From: Candidatus Saganbacteria bacterium
GTDB taxonomy: Bacteria; Margulisbacteria; WOR-1; O2-12-FULL-45-9; XYB2-FULL-48-7
Length of the DNA stretch: 64,000 bases
Assembly (NCBI GenBank): GCA_016939335.1
Contig: JAFGHC010000019.1
Span: 23,090-87,089, forward strand
Direction of reading: 5' to 3'
The position numbers and the translations under genes were made by a program. Below are positions 31,485-40,913 of this stretch, piece after piece (position 1 is the stretch's first letter; every line of letters starts with the position of its first letter). The notes below the pieces were generated by a model. That model saw nothing but the letters and a program-made list of their open reading frames with translations, did no database searches and was not told the DNA's origin.

Positions 31485-32486
31485 AAATATCCGGAGCATC
31501 ATGTCGCCGTAGCGCACTTCGGGGTTGGACAGATCGCGTTCGTCGTAATCATTTCGTTCCCTTTGGACAGTTTCGTTGGCTGGATCATCTGTCGTTTCCA
31601 TTCTAGCTTTGATCTTTTCGTTGCCTGTTAGCACCCTCAGCCGGGCCGTGAATTCCGCCGCATCGTTATGGCTGACATGGAACATCGTCCGGTGATCGCC
31701 GGTCGGATCTTCCAGCGCCTTCCCGATCCCGTCAACTCCCATGCCGGTAAACTCATAGCCGGCCATCACCTGACGGTATAGGCCGACATTGACCGGGTCT
31801 TTCGATCGCTGCCCCGACGCAGTGGCAACCATTTTCGGCAGCCGGATCGGGTCCCAAACCAGCCGGAAACCGACGGCGTCGTTCCCTTCGCCCGGCCAGG
31901 TGCTCTCGTGAAGGAAAAAGCCGAAACTGCCGTCCAGAAGATGGTTATAGGAATTTCCGAGCGTTAACCAGCCGCCGATCTGGTTTGCATCGCTTTCCAC
32001 CCGGGTCGCGGTCGCCTCACGGACTATGCCTTGATTAATTAAAATCCCTTCGCTGGTCGTTGTTGCGCCCGGCGGAGAAACGCTCGTCAGCGCCGACAGT
32101 TGGCCCGCGCTTCTTTCAGAGACTTGTTCTGGAGAAAGCCTGGTCTCCGCAGCGGCCGCTTCCCACTCCACGCCCGTGATCAGGCGAGCACCCAATCTTT
32201 CCGCCAAACACGCCTGCTTTTCATGGCTGAGGCCGACCATCGGACAGTTTCCCGGCGTCGGCTCATATCGGCTCACCCACCGTCGCGTCCTGGCGCAAAG
32301 CGCCAGGTCTGCCTCGGCTAATTTCGCGTATTGGTCGATCGTCATAAGAGTGGCTGAAAGATTGAGCGGGTGTTTTTGCCCTTTCGTGACCGGACGGACG
32401 ACAATGCCCGCTTTATGCAGCGCGGCGCTCCTTTCCTTAGGTGACAGGCTCGAACCGTATCTATATGTTGCCGCTGTTATTGCCAT
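31473..32486 (-). CDS. Hypothetical protein with FGE-sulfatase (SUMF1)-like motifs
   Basis: PMVGLSHEKQACLAERLGARLITGVEWEAAA and GNDAVGFRLVW resemble formylglycine-generating-enzyme-fold signatures. Opposite strand to the neighbours and somewhat lower GC. Confidence 0.35.
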   Translation of the reverse strand: MAITAATYRYGSSLSPKERSAALHKAGIVVRPVTKGQKHPLNLSATLMTIDQYAKLAEADLALCARTRRWVSRYEPTPGNCPMVGLSHEKQACLAERLGARLITGVEWEAAAAETRLSPEQVSERSAGQLSALTSVSPPGATTTSEGILINQGIVREATATRVESDANQIGGWLTLGNSYNHLLDGSFGFFLHESTWPGEGNDAVGFRLVWDPIRLPKMVATASGQRSKDPVNVGLYRQVMAGYEFTGMGVDGIGKALEDPTGDHRTMFHVSHNDAAEFTARLRVLTGNEKIKARMETTDDPANETVQRERNDYDERDLSNPEVRYGDMMLRIFLTA

Positions 32487-32545
32487 TTATAGCTCCTTAT
32501 TATGCTTTACTCATGGTCTAAAAATCGCTATACTATTATCTGTAG

Positions 32546-33418
32546 ATGCTGCAGAAAATTTCACTTATTTTCCCCGGCCAGGGGTCGCAGTCGGTGGGGA
32601 TGGGTAAGGACCTGGCAGAGAAATTCCTCGAGCGGGCCAACGCCGTCCTCGGCTTTGACCTGAAGAAGATCGTTTTGGAAGGCCCGGAGGAAGGACTAAA
32701 AAAGACCGCCATCCAGCAGCCCGCCATTTTCACCGTCAGCGTTGCCGCGTTTGAGCTGTTAGCGACTCGCGACTCGCGACCCGCGACGGTGGCTGGTCAC
32801 AGCCTTGGCGAATATTCAGCCCTCTATGCCGCCGGCGTTATTTCCTTTGAGGATGGCGTAAAAACGGTCAACCTGCGCGGCCAATATATGCAGGAAGCGG
32901 TCCCGGCCGGGCAGGGGGCAATGGCCGCCCTCCTCGGCGGCGATCGTCGGACGATCACGGACATTTGCAAAGAAATCGGCAATGTTTGGCCGGCGAATTT
33001 TAACTCGCCCGGGCAGATCGTCATTTCCGGCACTAAAGAAGGGGTCGATAAGGCCGCCGAGAAACTGAAATCCGCCGGCGTGAAAAAGGTCATCCCCCTC
33101 GCCGTCTCCGCCCCGTTCCACTGCCCGCTGATGCAGCCGGCGGCGGAAAAGCTGTCCGCCCAGCTTGATAGGATAAAATTCAACGACGCAAAAGTGCCGG
33201 TCTACGCCAATGTGACGGCCAGGCCGGTCACCGCCGCGTCGGAGATCAAGCAATTGCTTATCAAACAGGTGACCGGTCCCGTTCTCTGGGAAGATTCGGT
33301 CAAAAAGATGATCGCGGATGGGGTCGCCTCATTTGTTGAGGTTGGACCGGGAAAGGTTTTGACCGGATTAATCAAGAAGATCGATCCGACTGTTGAGGCC
33401 AAGAGCTTTACGGAATAG
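32546..33418 (+). CDS. fabD: Malonyl-CoA-ACP transacylase
   Basis: FPGQGSQSVGMG, GHSLGEYSAL, SAPFHCPLM. Confidence 0.9.
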   Translation: MLQKISLIFPGQGSQSVGMGKDLAEKFLERANAVLGFDLKKIVLEGPEEGLKKTAIQQPAIFTVSVAAFELLATRDSRPATVAGHSLGEYSALYAAGVISFEDGVKTVNLRGQYMQEAVPAGQGAMAALLGGDRRTITDICKEIGNVWPANFNSPGQIVISGTKEGVDKAAEKLKSAGVKKVIPLAVSAPFHCPLMQPAAEKLSAQLDRIKFNDAKVPVYANVTARPVTAASEIKQLLIKQVTGPVLWEDSVKKMIADGVASFVEVGPGKVLTGLIKKIDPTVEAKSFTE

Positions 33419-33508
33419 CCACAAAGACTCAAAGAACACTAGGAGCACAAAGCCCTTAGCGACCTTAGTGTTCTTGGTGCCTTAGTGGTAAATCCGGGAG
33501 GGAATAAT

Positions 33509-34249
33509 ATGAAGTTGAAAGATAAAGTCGCGTTCGTGACCGGGTCGGCGCAGGGGATCGGCAAGGCGATCGCCGCCGCGTTCGCCAAAGAGGGAGCGAA
33601 TGTCGTCATTTCCGACATCAACCTGGAACTGGCGCAGCAGACCGCCAAAGAGATTGCGGCGCTCGGCGTCAAGACGCTCGCCATTAAGACCAATGTGGCC
33701 GATGCGGCCGATGTCGATAATGCGGTCGCCGAGATCGTCAAGGCCATGGGCCGGATCGACATTCTGGTCAACAACGCCGGCATCACCAAAGATAACCTGC
33801 TTATCCGCATGAAAAAAGAGGAGTGGGACGCCGTGCTGGCGGTCAACCTGACCGGCGTTTTCAACTGCACCAAGGCCGCTGGCACCTTGATGATGAAGCA
33901 GCGATACGGTAAAATAATCAATATCGCCTCGATCGTTGGCCAGATGGGCAATTTCGGCCAGGCCAACTACGCGGCGACCAAGGGCGGGGTCATCGCCTTC
34001 ACCAAGACGGTGGCCAAGGAGCTCTCGTCGCGCGGGGTGAATTGCAACGTGATCGCCCCGGGGTTCATCCGGACCGCGATGACGGACAAATTGTCCGAGG
34101 ACGTTAAAAAGAAAATGCTCGAGCAGATCCCGCTCGGCAAGCTCGGCACGCCGGATGATATCGCCAGCGCGGCGCTCTTCCTGGCGGGGCCGGAGTCGGA
34201 CTATATCACCGGCCAGGTGCTCGCCGTCAACGGCGGGATGTACATGTAA
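33509..34249 (+). CDS. fabG: 3-oxoacyl-ACP reductase
   Basis: TGSAQGIGKAIA, NNAGIT, YAATKGG. Start at MKLKDKVAFVTG with gggaggg upstream. Confidence 0.9.
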   Translation: MKLKDKVAFVTGSAQGIGKAIAAAFAKEGANVVISDINLELAQQTAKEIAALGVKTLAIKTNVADAADVDNAVAEIVKAMGRIDILVNNAGITKDNLLIRMKKEEWDAVLAVNLTGVFNCTKAAGTLMMKQRYGKIINIASIVGQMGNFGQANYAATKGGVIAFTKTVAKELSSRGVNCNVIAPGFIRTAMTDKLSEDVKKKMLEQIPLGKLGTPDDIASAALFLAGPESDYITGQVLAVNGGMYM

Positions 34250-34343
34250 TCAACGTCACGGGTCGCGGGTCGCGAGTCAAAATCAGTCTTATGGCTCGCG
34301 ACTAAACGACCCGCGACCCGCGACTGAAAGAAGGGGGTGAAAA

Positions 34344-34589
34344 ATGGACGAACAGAAGATTTTTGAAGAGATCAAGAAAGTCGTGGTCGAGCAATTAGGG
34401 GTTTCCGAGTCGGAAATTACCCGCGAGGCTTCTTTTGTCGATGACCTGGGAGCCGATTCGCTCGACACCGTCGAACTGGTCATGGCGCTGGAAGAGGCTT
34501 TCGGCATTGAGATACCGGACGAGGACGCCGAGAAGATCAAATCGATCGGCGACACGATCAATTATGTCACGTCTCACGCAAAGAAGTAG
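34344..34589 (+). CDS. acpP: Acyl carrier protein
   Basis: [18 protein letters not shown] phosphopantetheine site. Confidence 0.95.
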   Translation: MDEQKIFEEIKKVVVEQLGVSESEITREASFVDDLGADSLDTVELVMALEEAFGIEIPDEDAEKIKSIGDTINYVTSHAKK

Positions 34590-34596
34590 TTTTATA

Positions 34597-35559
34597 ATGA
34601 CTTTACCTGAACTAAAGATCGATAAGCTAACGGCCGGACTGCCGATCATTCAGGGCGGCATGGCGGTCAGGATTTCTACCGGGGCGCTGGCCGGGGCGGT
34701 CGCCGCCACCGGCGCGATCGGGATCATCGGCGCTTCGGGGATGGCGTTTGACGAATTGCGCAAAGAAATCCGCATCGCGCGCGAGCGGGCAGCAGGGGGC
34801 ATCATCGGCATCAACATCATGTTTGCCGCCAGGGATTTTCTGGGTATCGTCCAGACCGCGATCAAGGAAAAAATCGACCTCATTATCACTGGGGCGGGTT
34901 TTTCCCGGGACATTTTTAAACTTGGTCGTGACGGCGCTACTCCGATCGTTTCCATTGTTTCCTCTGCCCGCCTGGCCCGGACCGCCGAAAGCCTCGGCGC
35001 CGCGGCCATCGTGGTCGAAGGCAAAGAGGCCGGCGGCCATCTCGGCACCGACCGCTCCGTCTGGGACATTTTCCCGGAAGTGAAAAAAGCCGTTTCGTTG
35101 CCGGTCATCGCCGCCGGGGGGATTATTAGCGGCGCGGAAATGTGCCGCGCGCTCAAGACCATGAGTGCGGACGGCGTGCAAATGGCGACCCGCTTTGTCC
35201 TGGCCGAAGAATGCGCCGCCGCCCCCGAGTACAAGCGCCGCTATCAGACCGCGACCGAGGACGACGTGGTAATTATCTCCTCCCCGGTCGGCCTGCCGGG
35301 CCGCGCGCTCAAGACCGCCCTGGTCGAGAAAATACTGAAAAAAGAAGCGCCCCGGCCCGTCGGCTGCGACTTCTGCCTGAAAAAATGTTCGCTCGAGTAC
35401 TGCATTATCCAGGCCCTGATCAATTCCCAGAAAGGGGACATTGACCACGGCGTGGTCTTTTCCGGCGAATATGTTTATAAGATCAAGGACCGCGCCATCA
35501 AGCCGGCCGCCAGGATCGTCGCTGAAATCCTGGCCGAAGCAAAGGAGGCCGGCTGTTGA
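34597..35559 (+). CDS. fabK: Enoyl-ACP reductase II (FabK / nitronate monooxygenase family)
   Basis: PIIQGGMA, GGIIGINIM, VVEGKEAGGHLG TIM-barrel FMN motifs, in fab-cluster context. Start at ATG 34597 rather than the out-of-context 34435 start in the track. Confidence 0.75.
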   Translation: MTLPELKIDKLTAGLPIIQGGMAVRISTGALAGAVAATGAIGIIGASGMAFDELRKEIRIARERAAGGIIGINIMFAARDFLGIVQTAIKEKIDLIITGAGFSRDIFKLGRDGATPIVSIVSSARLARTAESLGAAAIVVEGKEAGGHLGTDRSVWDIFPEVKKAVSLPVIAAGGIISGAEMCRALKTMSADGVQMATRFVLAEECAAAPEYKRRYQTATEDDVVIISSPVGLPGRALKTALVEKILKKEAPRPVGCDFCLKKCSLEYCIIQALINSQKGDIDHGVVFSGEYVYKIKDRAIKPAARIVAEILAEAKEAGC

Positions 35560-36794
35560 CGCGGGTGGTCGTAACCGGCCTGGGGGTCATTTCTCCCATC
35601 GGCACCGGCAAGGCGGCTTTTTGGGACGCCCTCGCCGCCGGACGGAACGGCATCGCGCGGATCAGCCATTTTGATCCGGCCGGTTTCGATTCCCAGATCG
35701 CCGGCGAGGTCAAGGATTTCGAGCCCAACCTCTATCTGGAAAAGAAAGAGGCAAAAAAACTGGTCCGCTTCATCCAGTTCGGCGTGGCCGCCTCCAAGCT
35801 GGCGGTCGAGGACGCCGGCCTGACCATTTCCCCCGAAAACGCCGCCGAGATCGGCGTCGTTTTCGGCTCCGGCGTCGGCGGCATCGGCTTCATGGAAGAG
35901 CAGGCCCGGGTGCTGCACGAAAAAGGGCCAAGCCGGCTCAACCCTTTCACCGTCCCGTTCATGATCACCGATATGGCCGCCGGCTATACTTCGATCATCC
36001 TGGGGGCCAAAGGCCCTAATTTCGGCGTCACCACCGCCTGCGCGACCGGCACCCACTGCATCGGCGAGGCCTTCAAACTGATCCAGCGCGGCGCGGCCAA
36101 GGCGGCGATCGCCGGCGGCTCTGAAGCCTCGATCACGCCGCTGGGGATCGGCAGTTTCTGCGCCGCCCGGGCGCTCTCCCCCCGCAATGACGAACCGGAG
36201 CGGGCCAGCCGCCCGTTCGATAAAGAGCGCAACGGTTTTGTTATGGGCGAAGGGGCGGGCGCGGTCATCCTGGAAGATCTGGACTTTGCCCTGGCCCGCG
36301 GCGCCCGGATCTACGCCGAACTGGTCGGCTTCGGCATGAGCGGTGACGCCCACCACATCACCGCCCCCGCCCCCGGCGGCGAAGGGGCGGTGCGGGCGAT
36401 CCGCGCCGCTTTGCAGGACGCCAGCCTGGCGCCGGAGCAGATCGACTACGTCAACGCCCACGGCACCTCGACCGAGCTCAACGACAAGTTCGAGACCATG
36501 GCGCTCAAGACCGTCTTCGGCGAACACGCCCGCCGGCTGGCGATCAGCTCCAATAAATCGATGATTGGCCATCTGCTCGGCGCTTCCGGCGCCGTGGAAT
36601 TTATCGCCACCATCCTCTCGGTCGTCAATGACCTGGCGCCGCCGACCATTAATTATGAATATCCCGATCCCGACTGCGACCTCGATTATGTCCCCAACCG
36701 GGCCCGCGCGCTCAAGATCAATGCCGCCATTTCCAACTCGTTCGGCTTCGGCGGCCACAACGCGATTCTGGTGGTAAAAAAAATCCCCCGATGA
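35556..36794 (+). CDS. fabF: 3-oxoacyl-ACP synthase II
   Basis: ACATGTHCIG active-site Cys, NAHGTST, GHLLGASG. TTG start overlaps the fabK stop. Confidence 0.9.
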   Translation: MTRVVVTGLGVISPIGTGKAAFWDALAAGRNGIARISHFDPAGFDSQIAGEVKDFEPNLYLEKKEAKKLVRFIQFGVAASKLAVEDAGLTISPENAAEIGVVFGSGVGGIGFMEEQARVLHEKGPSRLNPFTVPFMITDMAAGYTSIILGAKGPNFGVTTACATGTHCIGEAFKLIQRGAAKAAIAGGSEASITPLGIGSFCAARALSPRNDEPERASRPFDKERNGFVMGEGAGAVILEDLDFALARGARIYAELVGFGMSGDAHHITAPAPGGEGAVRAIRAALQDASLAPEQIDYVNAHGTSTELNDKFETMALKTVFGEHARRLAISSNKSMIGHLLGASGAVEFIATILSVVNDLAPPTINYEYPDPDCDLDYVPNRARALKINAAISNSFGFGGHNAILVVKKIPR

Positions 36795-36807
36795 TATAAT
36801 CCGGCGT

Positions 36808-39800
36808 GTGAAAAAACTAGCGCTCGCCGTCTTTTTTCTCGTTCTGGGCGGCACCCTGCTTCTGGCTGACCAACCGTCATCAACTTCCCCGCAGATCGAC
36901 ATCTCCGGCTTCAAAAAATGGGAGCACCGGGAAGCTTCCGTTGACCCCAACAGCAATTACTTTGCCGGCCTGACCCAGCTGGGCGGCTACACTCCGACTT
37001 ACAGCGGCGGCCCCTGGCAGGAACGGCTCCAGCTGCGCATCATCGGCCAGCTCTCCGAGAACCTCTCGGTCTCTTACGACCTTGACCAGCAGCCGGAGAC
37101 CCCGGAAAGGTTCGATGTCAAGGTCAAGTATTACAACAACGAGCTGACCTTCGGCGACATCAACGCCAGCTTTGCCGGCAACGAATTCGTTTCGACGACC
37201 AAGTCGCTCAACGGCGTGATGCTGACCGCCAAAGACACCTGGTACGACATCATCACCGTCCCCTCCGCCAAAGAACGGTCGCAAACCCAACCCCTGACCG
37301 CGCAGAACGGCAACAATATCGCCGGGCCATATAATCTCGGCCACGGTTCGATCATCGAAGGCTCGGAACAGATCCAGCTTAACGGCGTCTCCCTGAAGCG
37401 CAACACTGATTACACCATCGATTACTACGAGGGCAAGGTCACTTTCACCCGGCTGCTCAATTCAACCGATGAATTCAAGTACACTTATGAATTCACCAAC
37501 GTGCTCGACCTGTTCTTCCCGACCCTTTCGACGCGCAATTTCTTCGGTTTTCAGTCCCGCTTCACGATCGATCCGGAGCAGTTCGGCAAGCCGGCGCCGA
37601 AAGAAGAGCCGGTCGTTGTCGCGGCGCGCGAAACTTTCCCTACCGCCGGCAGCGCCGAAGGCGAGTCCCTGGAAGGGGAGGCGTCGGGCCAGTACCAGCT
37701 CAAGCACCGGCCGCTCGTCAATTTCAGCGAAACGCTGACCTTTATGGGCACCCAGCTGAAAAAAAACGACGACTACATCATCCGCTACGACACCGGAGAG
37801 ATCAAGCTGCTGACCCGCTTTCTCCCCTCGTCCGAGGAGGCGCTGACGGTCGATTACCGCTACCCCCAGATCTCACAGGAGGGCGAAACGATCCTGGGGA
37901 TCGGCAGCCGCGGGCCTTACCGCACCAAATATGCCAACCTTGTCCCCGGCAGCGAACGGGTCGAGGTCGACGGCAAACTGTATGTCCGGGGCCTCGATTA
38001 CGCGCTCAAGCCGGCCAGCGGCGAATTAATGTTCGGCACGGTCATCGGCCCGACCTCGCAGATCAAGATCGCTTACAGTTACAATGTCACGGCTTTCCCG
38101 GACGTGGCCCCGCCCAAATTCCCCAAAGAGCTCAAGCTGGGCACGACCTACCTGAAGGAATCGGCCAAGAAAAGCGCCAACGCCCTGACCGCCAGCATCG
38201 TTGAGCCTTATACCGGCCAGTCGCTCATTTCCAGCAATTATCTGATCAACCTGAAAAACCGGCCGATCTTGCCGAGCAGCGAGGCCGTTCTGGCTGTGAC
38301 CCTGCGGCAGGGGGGCGCGACGACCACGCTGGTCCCCGGCTCTGATTATGTGGTGCCGACGGTTGCGCTTGATCCGGGCACCGGCTACTATACCGTGACG
38401 CCGGCCGTTCCCCTTGGTTATGTCACCGATCGCTCCGACCCCAGCGACGGCTATAACACCGGCACCATCTACTTCCTCAACCACTCGATCGGTGCGACCG
38501 ACGAAGTCAATATCTCCTATACTTACCGGAAAAGCATCGTTGATAAGTATTCCGGGACGGGCAACGGCAGCAAAGGGCCTTACTTCTTGAGGAACGCCCG
38601 GCAGATCGTGCCGGGGAGCGAAACGGTGCAGGTCTGGGAGCAGGGCTCCTCGTCCATCACCAATTACACGCGCAACGCCAGCTTTGACGCGACCGCCGGC
38701 AACACCGGTTATTCGTTCAACTACAATTCCAACAACCCCTCGATCACCTTCAATGAACCGCTCGGCCCGACCAAGAATTTCCAGGTCATCTTCCAGTATG
38801 TAGCGGACACCCATGCGACAAATAACGACATCTCCCAGGTGGCCTACGGCTTTGACGGCAGTTTTAAGATCGGCGACGTTTTCAAGATCGATTCGTCCTA
38901 CGCGCGGAGCGAAACCGATCAGGTTTACTCCTCGCAAACGACCATTGAAAGTTTTGCCGGCAACGGGGGGAGCGCTTATTCTCTGCACGCGCCCGGCACA
39001 ATCGTTGACAACAGCGAAACGATCATGGTCAACGGCCGGGTGGTTAACCGCGACACCGACTACTTCATCACTTACACCGCGCCCGGCTCGTTCAATTTCT
39101 TCTACATCAAGCCGGCCGCCCAGGACCAGATCCAGGCCCAATACACTTATCAAGATACTTCCGGCCTGTCGAGCGAAACCCACACAAAGGTCGACACCGC
39201 CTTCCGGCTGGGGGCGGAGACCAGGCTGTTCGGCGACGCGCTGGTGGTCAACGGCCAGACCAAGAATATCGGCTTTGATTTCTCGCCGCTGGGCAGCACC
39301 GCCATCGGGGTCGGTTCTTCCTATAACGAGTACAATGTCAACTTCAACCCGGGCTTCCAGTCGTTCTTTACCAATTATTCGCACAAATTCAACCAGACGC
39401 CGCTCGGCGCCAGCCGGCAGACCTTTCTGCGCACTTACGATAATTCGCTCGCGGCCGGCATCAACCCGGGCGGTCTGGCCCAGGTCAATTTCAACTACCG
39501 CACCCTCTTTTCGCTCGATGACCCGCTGACAGCCGGCGCGCCGCACAACAGCGACAACTTGCAAACTTCGTACAGCGGCAGCCTGGCCCCCCTCGATTGG
39601 CAGCGCGGACCGCTGGTCTTCAGCCAAAAATACGATTTCAGCCAAACTATCAATCAAACCCACGTCGTCAACGTTAACGACCCCGCCCGCTCCAAGCAGG
39701 TCATCAATTATTACCATCTTGGCCACGGCCTGAAGTTCACCGAGCGCGTTGGGCTCGGCTCCGACTTCCAGTACAGCGAGCCGGTCACCACCGGCTCACT

Positions 39801-40860
39801 GGAAACCGAAACCGCCCATACCCGCGCCATCGACAACGCCTATAACCTTTCGTTCGACCTGACGGCCGGCTTTCTCCAGAAATGGACGGCCCGCGTTTCG
39901 CTGCTTAACCACACCGATTACACCCTGGCGCCGGTGCCCGCCCCCCCCCTCGAGACCAAGAACGAGACTTATCACACCGATATCACTCCTTTCACCATTC
40001 TGACCGGTTCGCTCGACCACAACCGGCAGGAGCGGACCTCGTACGTCATCGGCGGCACCAACCCGCTCAATCAGACGACCAGCGGCAATGCCCGGCTGAC
40101 GCCGTTTTCCTGGTTTTCGATCGGCGTCAACGCTTCGAGGAACGAGAACGTGCCGGAGACGGGGGCGGACAATAAAACTTACGGCCGGGTCCTGGGCGGC
40201 GACGCCGACTATACGCCGATCTCAATAAGTTTCTTGCGGCTCTCCTCCCATTTTGCCGTTTCCGACCAGAAACAGCTTGCCCCCCTGGGAACTGAGAAGG
40301 TCACCACCCTGACCAACACCCTGTCGCAAACCTATACGCTGAACTTTTCGCTCATCCCGATCCTGCCGCTCACTTTCAGCTATAACCAGGAAGACTACAA
40401 GAACAACAATAACTCGGTCACGCAGCCGGTCACGACCGAGACCTCCAACAACACGTCGTCCGCTTCCTTTTCCCTGATCATTCCCCGTCTGCCGCAGCTA
40501 AGCTTGAGCGGTGACTATACCCAGAAGATCACCGAGGACAGGCGCTTGAAGGAGAGCCGGCCGAAATACCTGATCAACGGCCACGCCGGCTATCAGGTGC
40601 TGACCTGGGGGGCGCTGCTCTATGATTATTCCAATGAGACCAATAAAGGGGAGGTGCAGGCCGGCGCGGTCGCCAATCTCGATTACGCGAAAACCACCCA
40701 CAGCGTTGGCCTCAACATCACCGTCCCGGTTGACAATCCGGTGCTGAAGAATTTCGTGTTTTCCGTCGCCTGGAAACAGGTGGGATATACCGACAACCTC
40801 AATACGGCCAACAATTTTACGGCGCGGCTCTTCTCCTTTGACGGCACGATGAACTTCTAA
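36808..40860 (+). CDS. Very large (1350 aa) secreted protein, probable outer-membrane beta-barrel/surface protein
   Basis: Signal peptide MKKLALAVFFLVLGGTLLLA. Composition is rich in Tyr/Asn/Thr/Gly alternating strands. It ends in ...FDGTMNF, and a terminal aromatic residue is typical of OMPs. GTG start. Confidence 0.45.
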   Translation: MKKLALAVFFLVLGGTLLLADQPSSTSPQIDISGFKKWEHREASVDPNSNYFAGLTQLGGYTPTYSGGPWQERLQLRIIGQLSENLSVSYDLDQQPETPERFDVKVKYYNNELTFGDINASFAGNEFVSTTKSLNGVMLTAKDTWYDIITVPSAKERSQTQPLTAQNGNNIAGPYNLGHGSIIEGSEQIQLNGVSLKRNTDYTIDYYEGKVTFTRLLNSTDEFKYTYEFTNVLDLFFPTLSTRNFFGFQSRFTIDPEQFGKPAPKEEPVVVAARETFPTAGSAEGESLEGEASGQYQLKHRPLVNFSETLTFMGTQLKKNDDYIIRYDTGEIKLLTRFLPSSEEALTVDYRYPQISQEGETILGIGSRGPYRTKYANLVPGSERVEVDGKLYVRGLDYALKPASGELMFGTVIGPTSQIKIAYSYNVTAFPDVAPPKFPKELKLGTTYLKESAKKSANALTASIVEPYTGQSLISSNYLINLKNRPILPSSEAVLAVTLRQGGATTTLVPGSDYVVPTVALDPGTGYYTVTPAVPLGYVTDRSDPSDGYNTGTIYFLNHSIGATDEVNISYTYRKSIVDKYSGTGNGSKGPYFLRNARQIVPGSETVQVWEQGSSSITNYTRNASFDATAGNTGYSFNYNSNNPSITFNEPLGPTKNFQVIFQYVADTHATNNDISQVAYGFDGSFKIGDVFKIDSSYARSETDQVYSSQTTIESFAGNGGSAYSLHAPGTIVDNSETIMVNGRVVNRDTDYFITYTAPGSFNFFYIKPAAQDQIQAQYTYQDTSGLSSETHTKVDTAFRLGAETRLFGDALVVNGQTKNIGFDFSPLGSTAIGVGSSYNEYNVNFNPGFQSFFTNYSHKFNQTPLGASRQTFLRTYDNSLAAGINPGGLAQVNFNYRTLFSLDDPLTAGAPHNSDNLQTSYSGSLAPLDWQRGPLVFSQKYDFSQTINQTHVVNVNDPARSKQVINYYHLGHGLKFTERVGLGSDFQYSEPVTTGSLETETAHTRAIDNAYNLSFDLTAGFLQKWTARVSLLNHTDYTLAPVPAPPLETKNETYHTDITPFTILTGSLDHNRQERTSYVIGGTNPLNQTTSGNARLTPFSWFSIGVNASRNENVPETGADNKTYGRVLGGDADYTPISISFLRLSSHFAVSDQKQLAPLGTEKVTTLTNTLSQTYTLNFSLIPILPLTFSYNQEDYKNNNNSVTQPVTTETSNNTSSASFSLIIPRLPQLSLSGDYTQKITEDRRLKESRPKYLINGHAGYQVLTWGALLYDYSNETNKGEVQAGAVANLDYAKTTHSVGLNITVPVDNPVLKNFVFSVAWKQVGYTDNLNTANNFTARLFSFDGTMNF

Positions 40861-40861
40861 C

Positions 40862-40913
40862 CCCCCACACCAACTTTGGTAAACCGTACGCTTAACAGAA
40901 GTTGGTGTGGGGG
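40862..40913. terminator. 15-bp-stem hairpin (CCCCACAC family) between convergent genes, probable bidirectional terminator
   Basis: cccccacaccaactt (40862-40876) pairs perfectly with aagttggtgtggggg (40899-40913), with a 22-nt loop. It sits between the stop at 40860 and the stop of the minus-strand protease at 40914. Confidence 0.5.
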
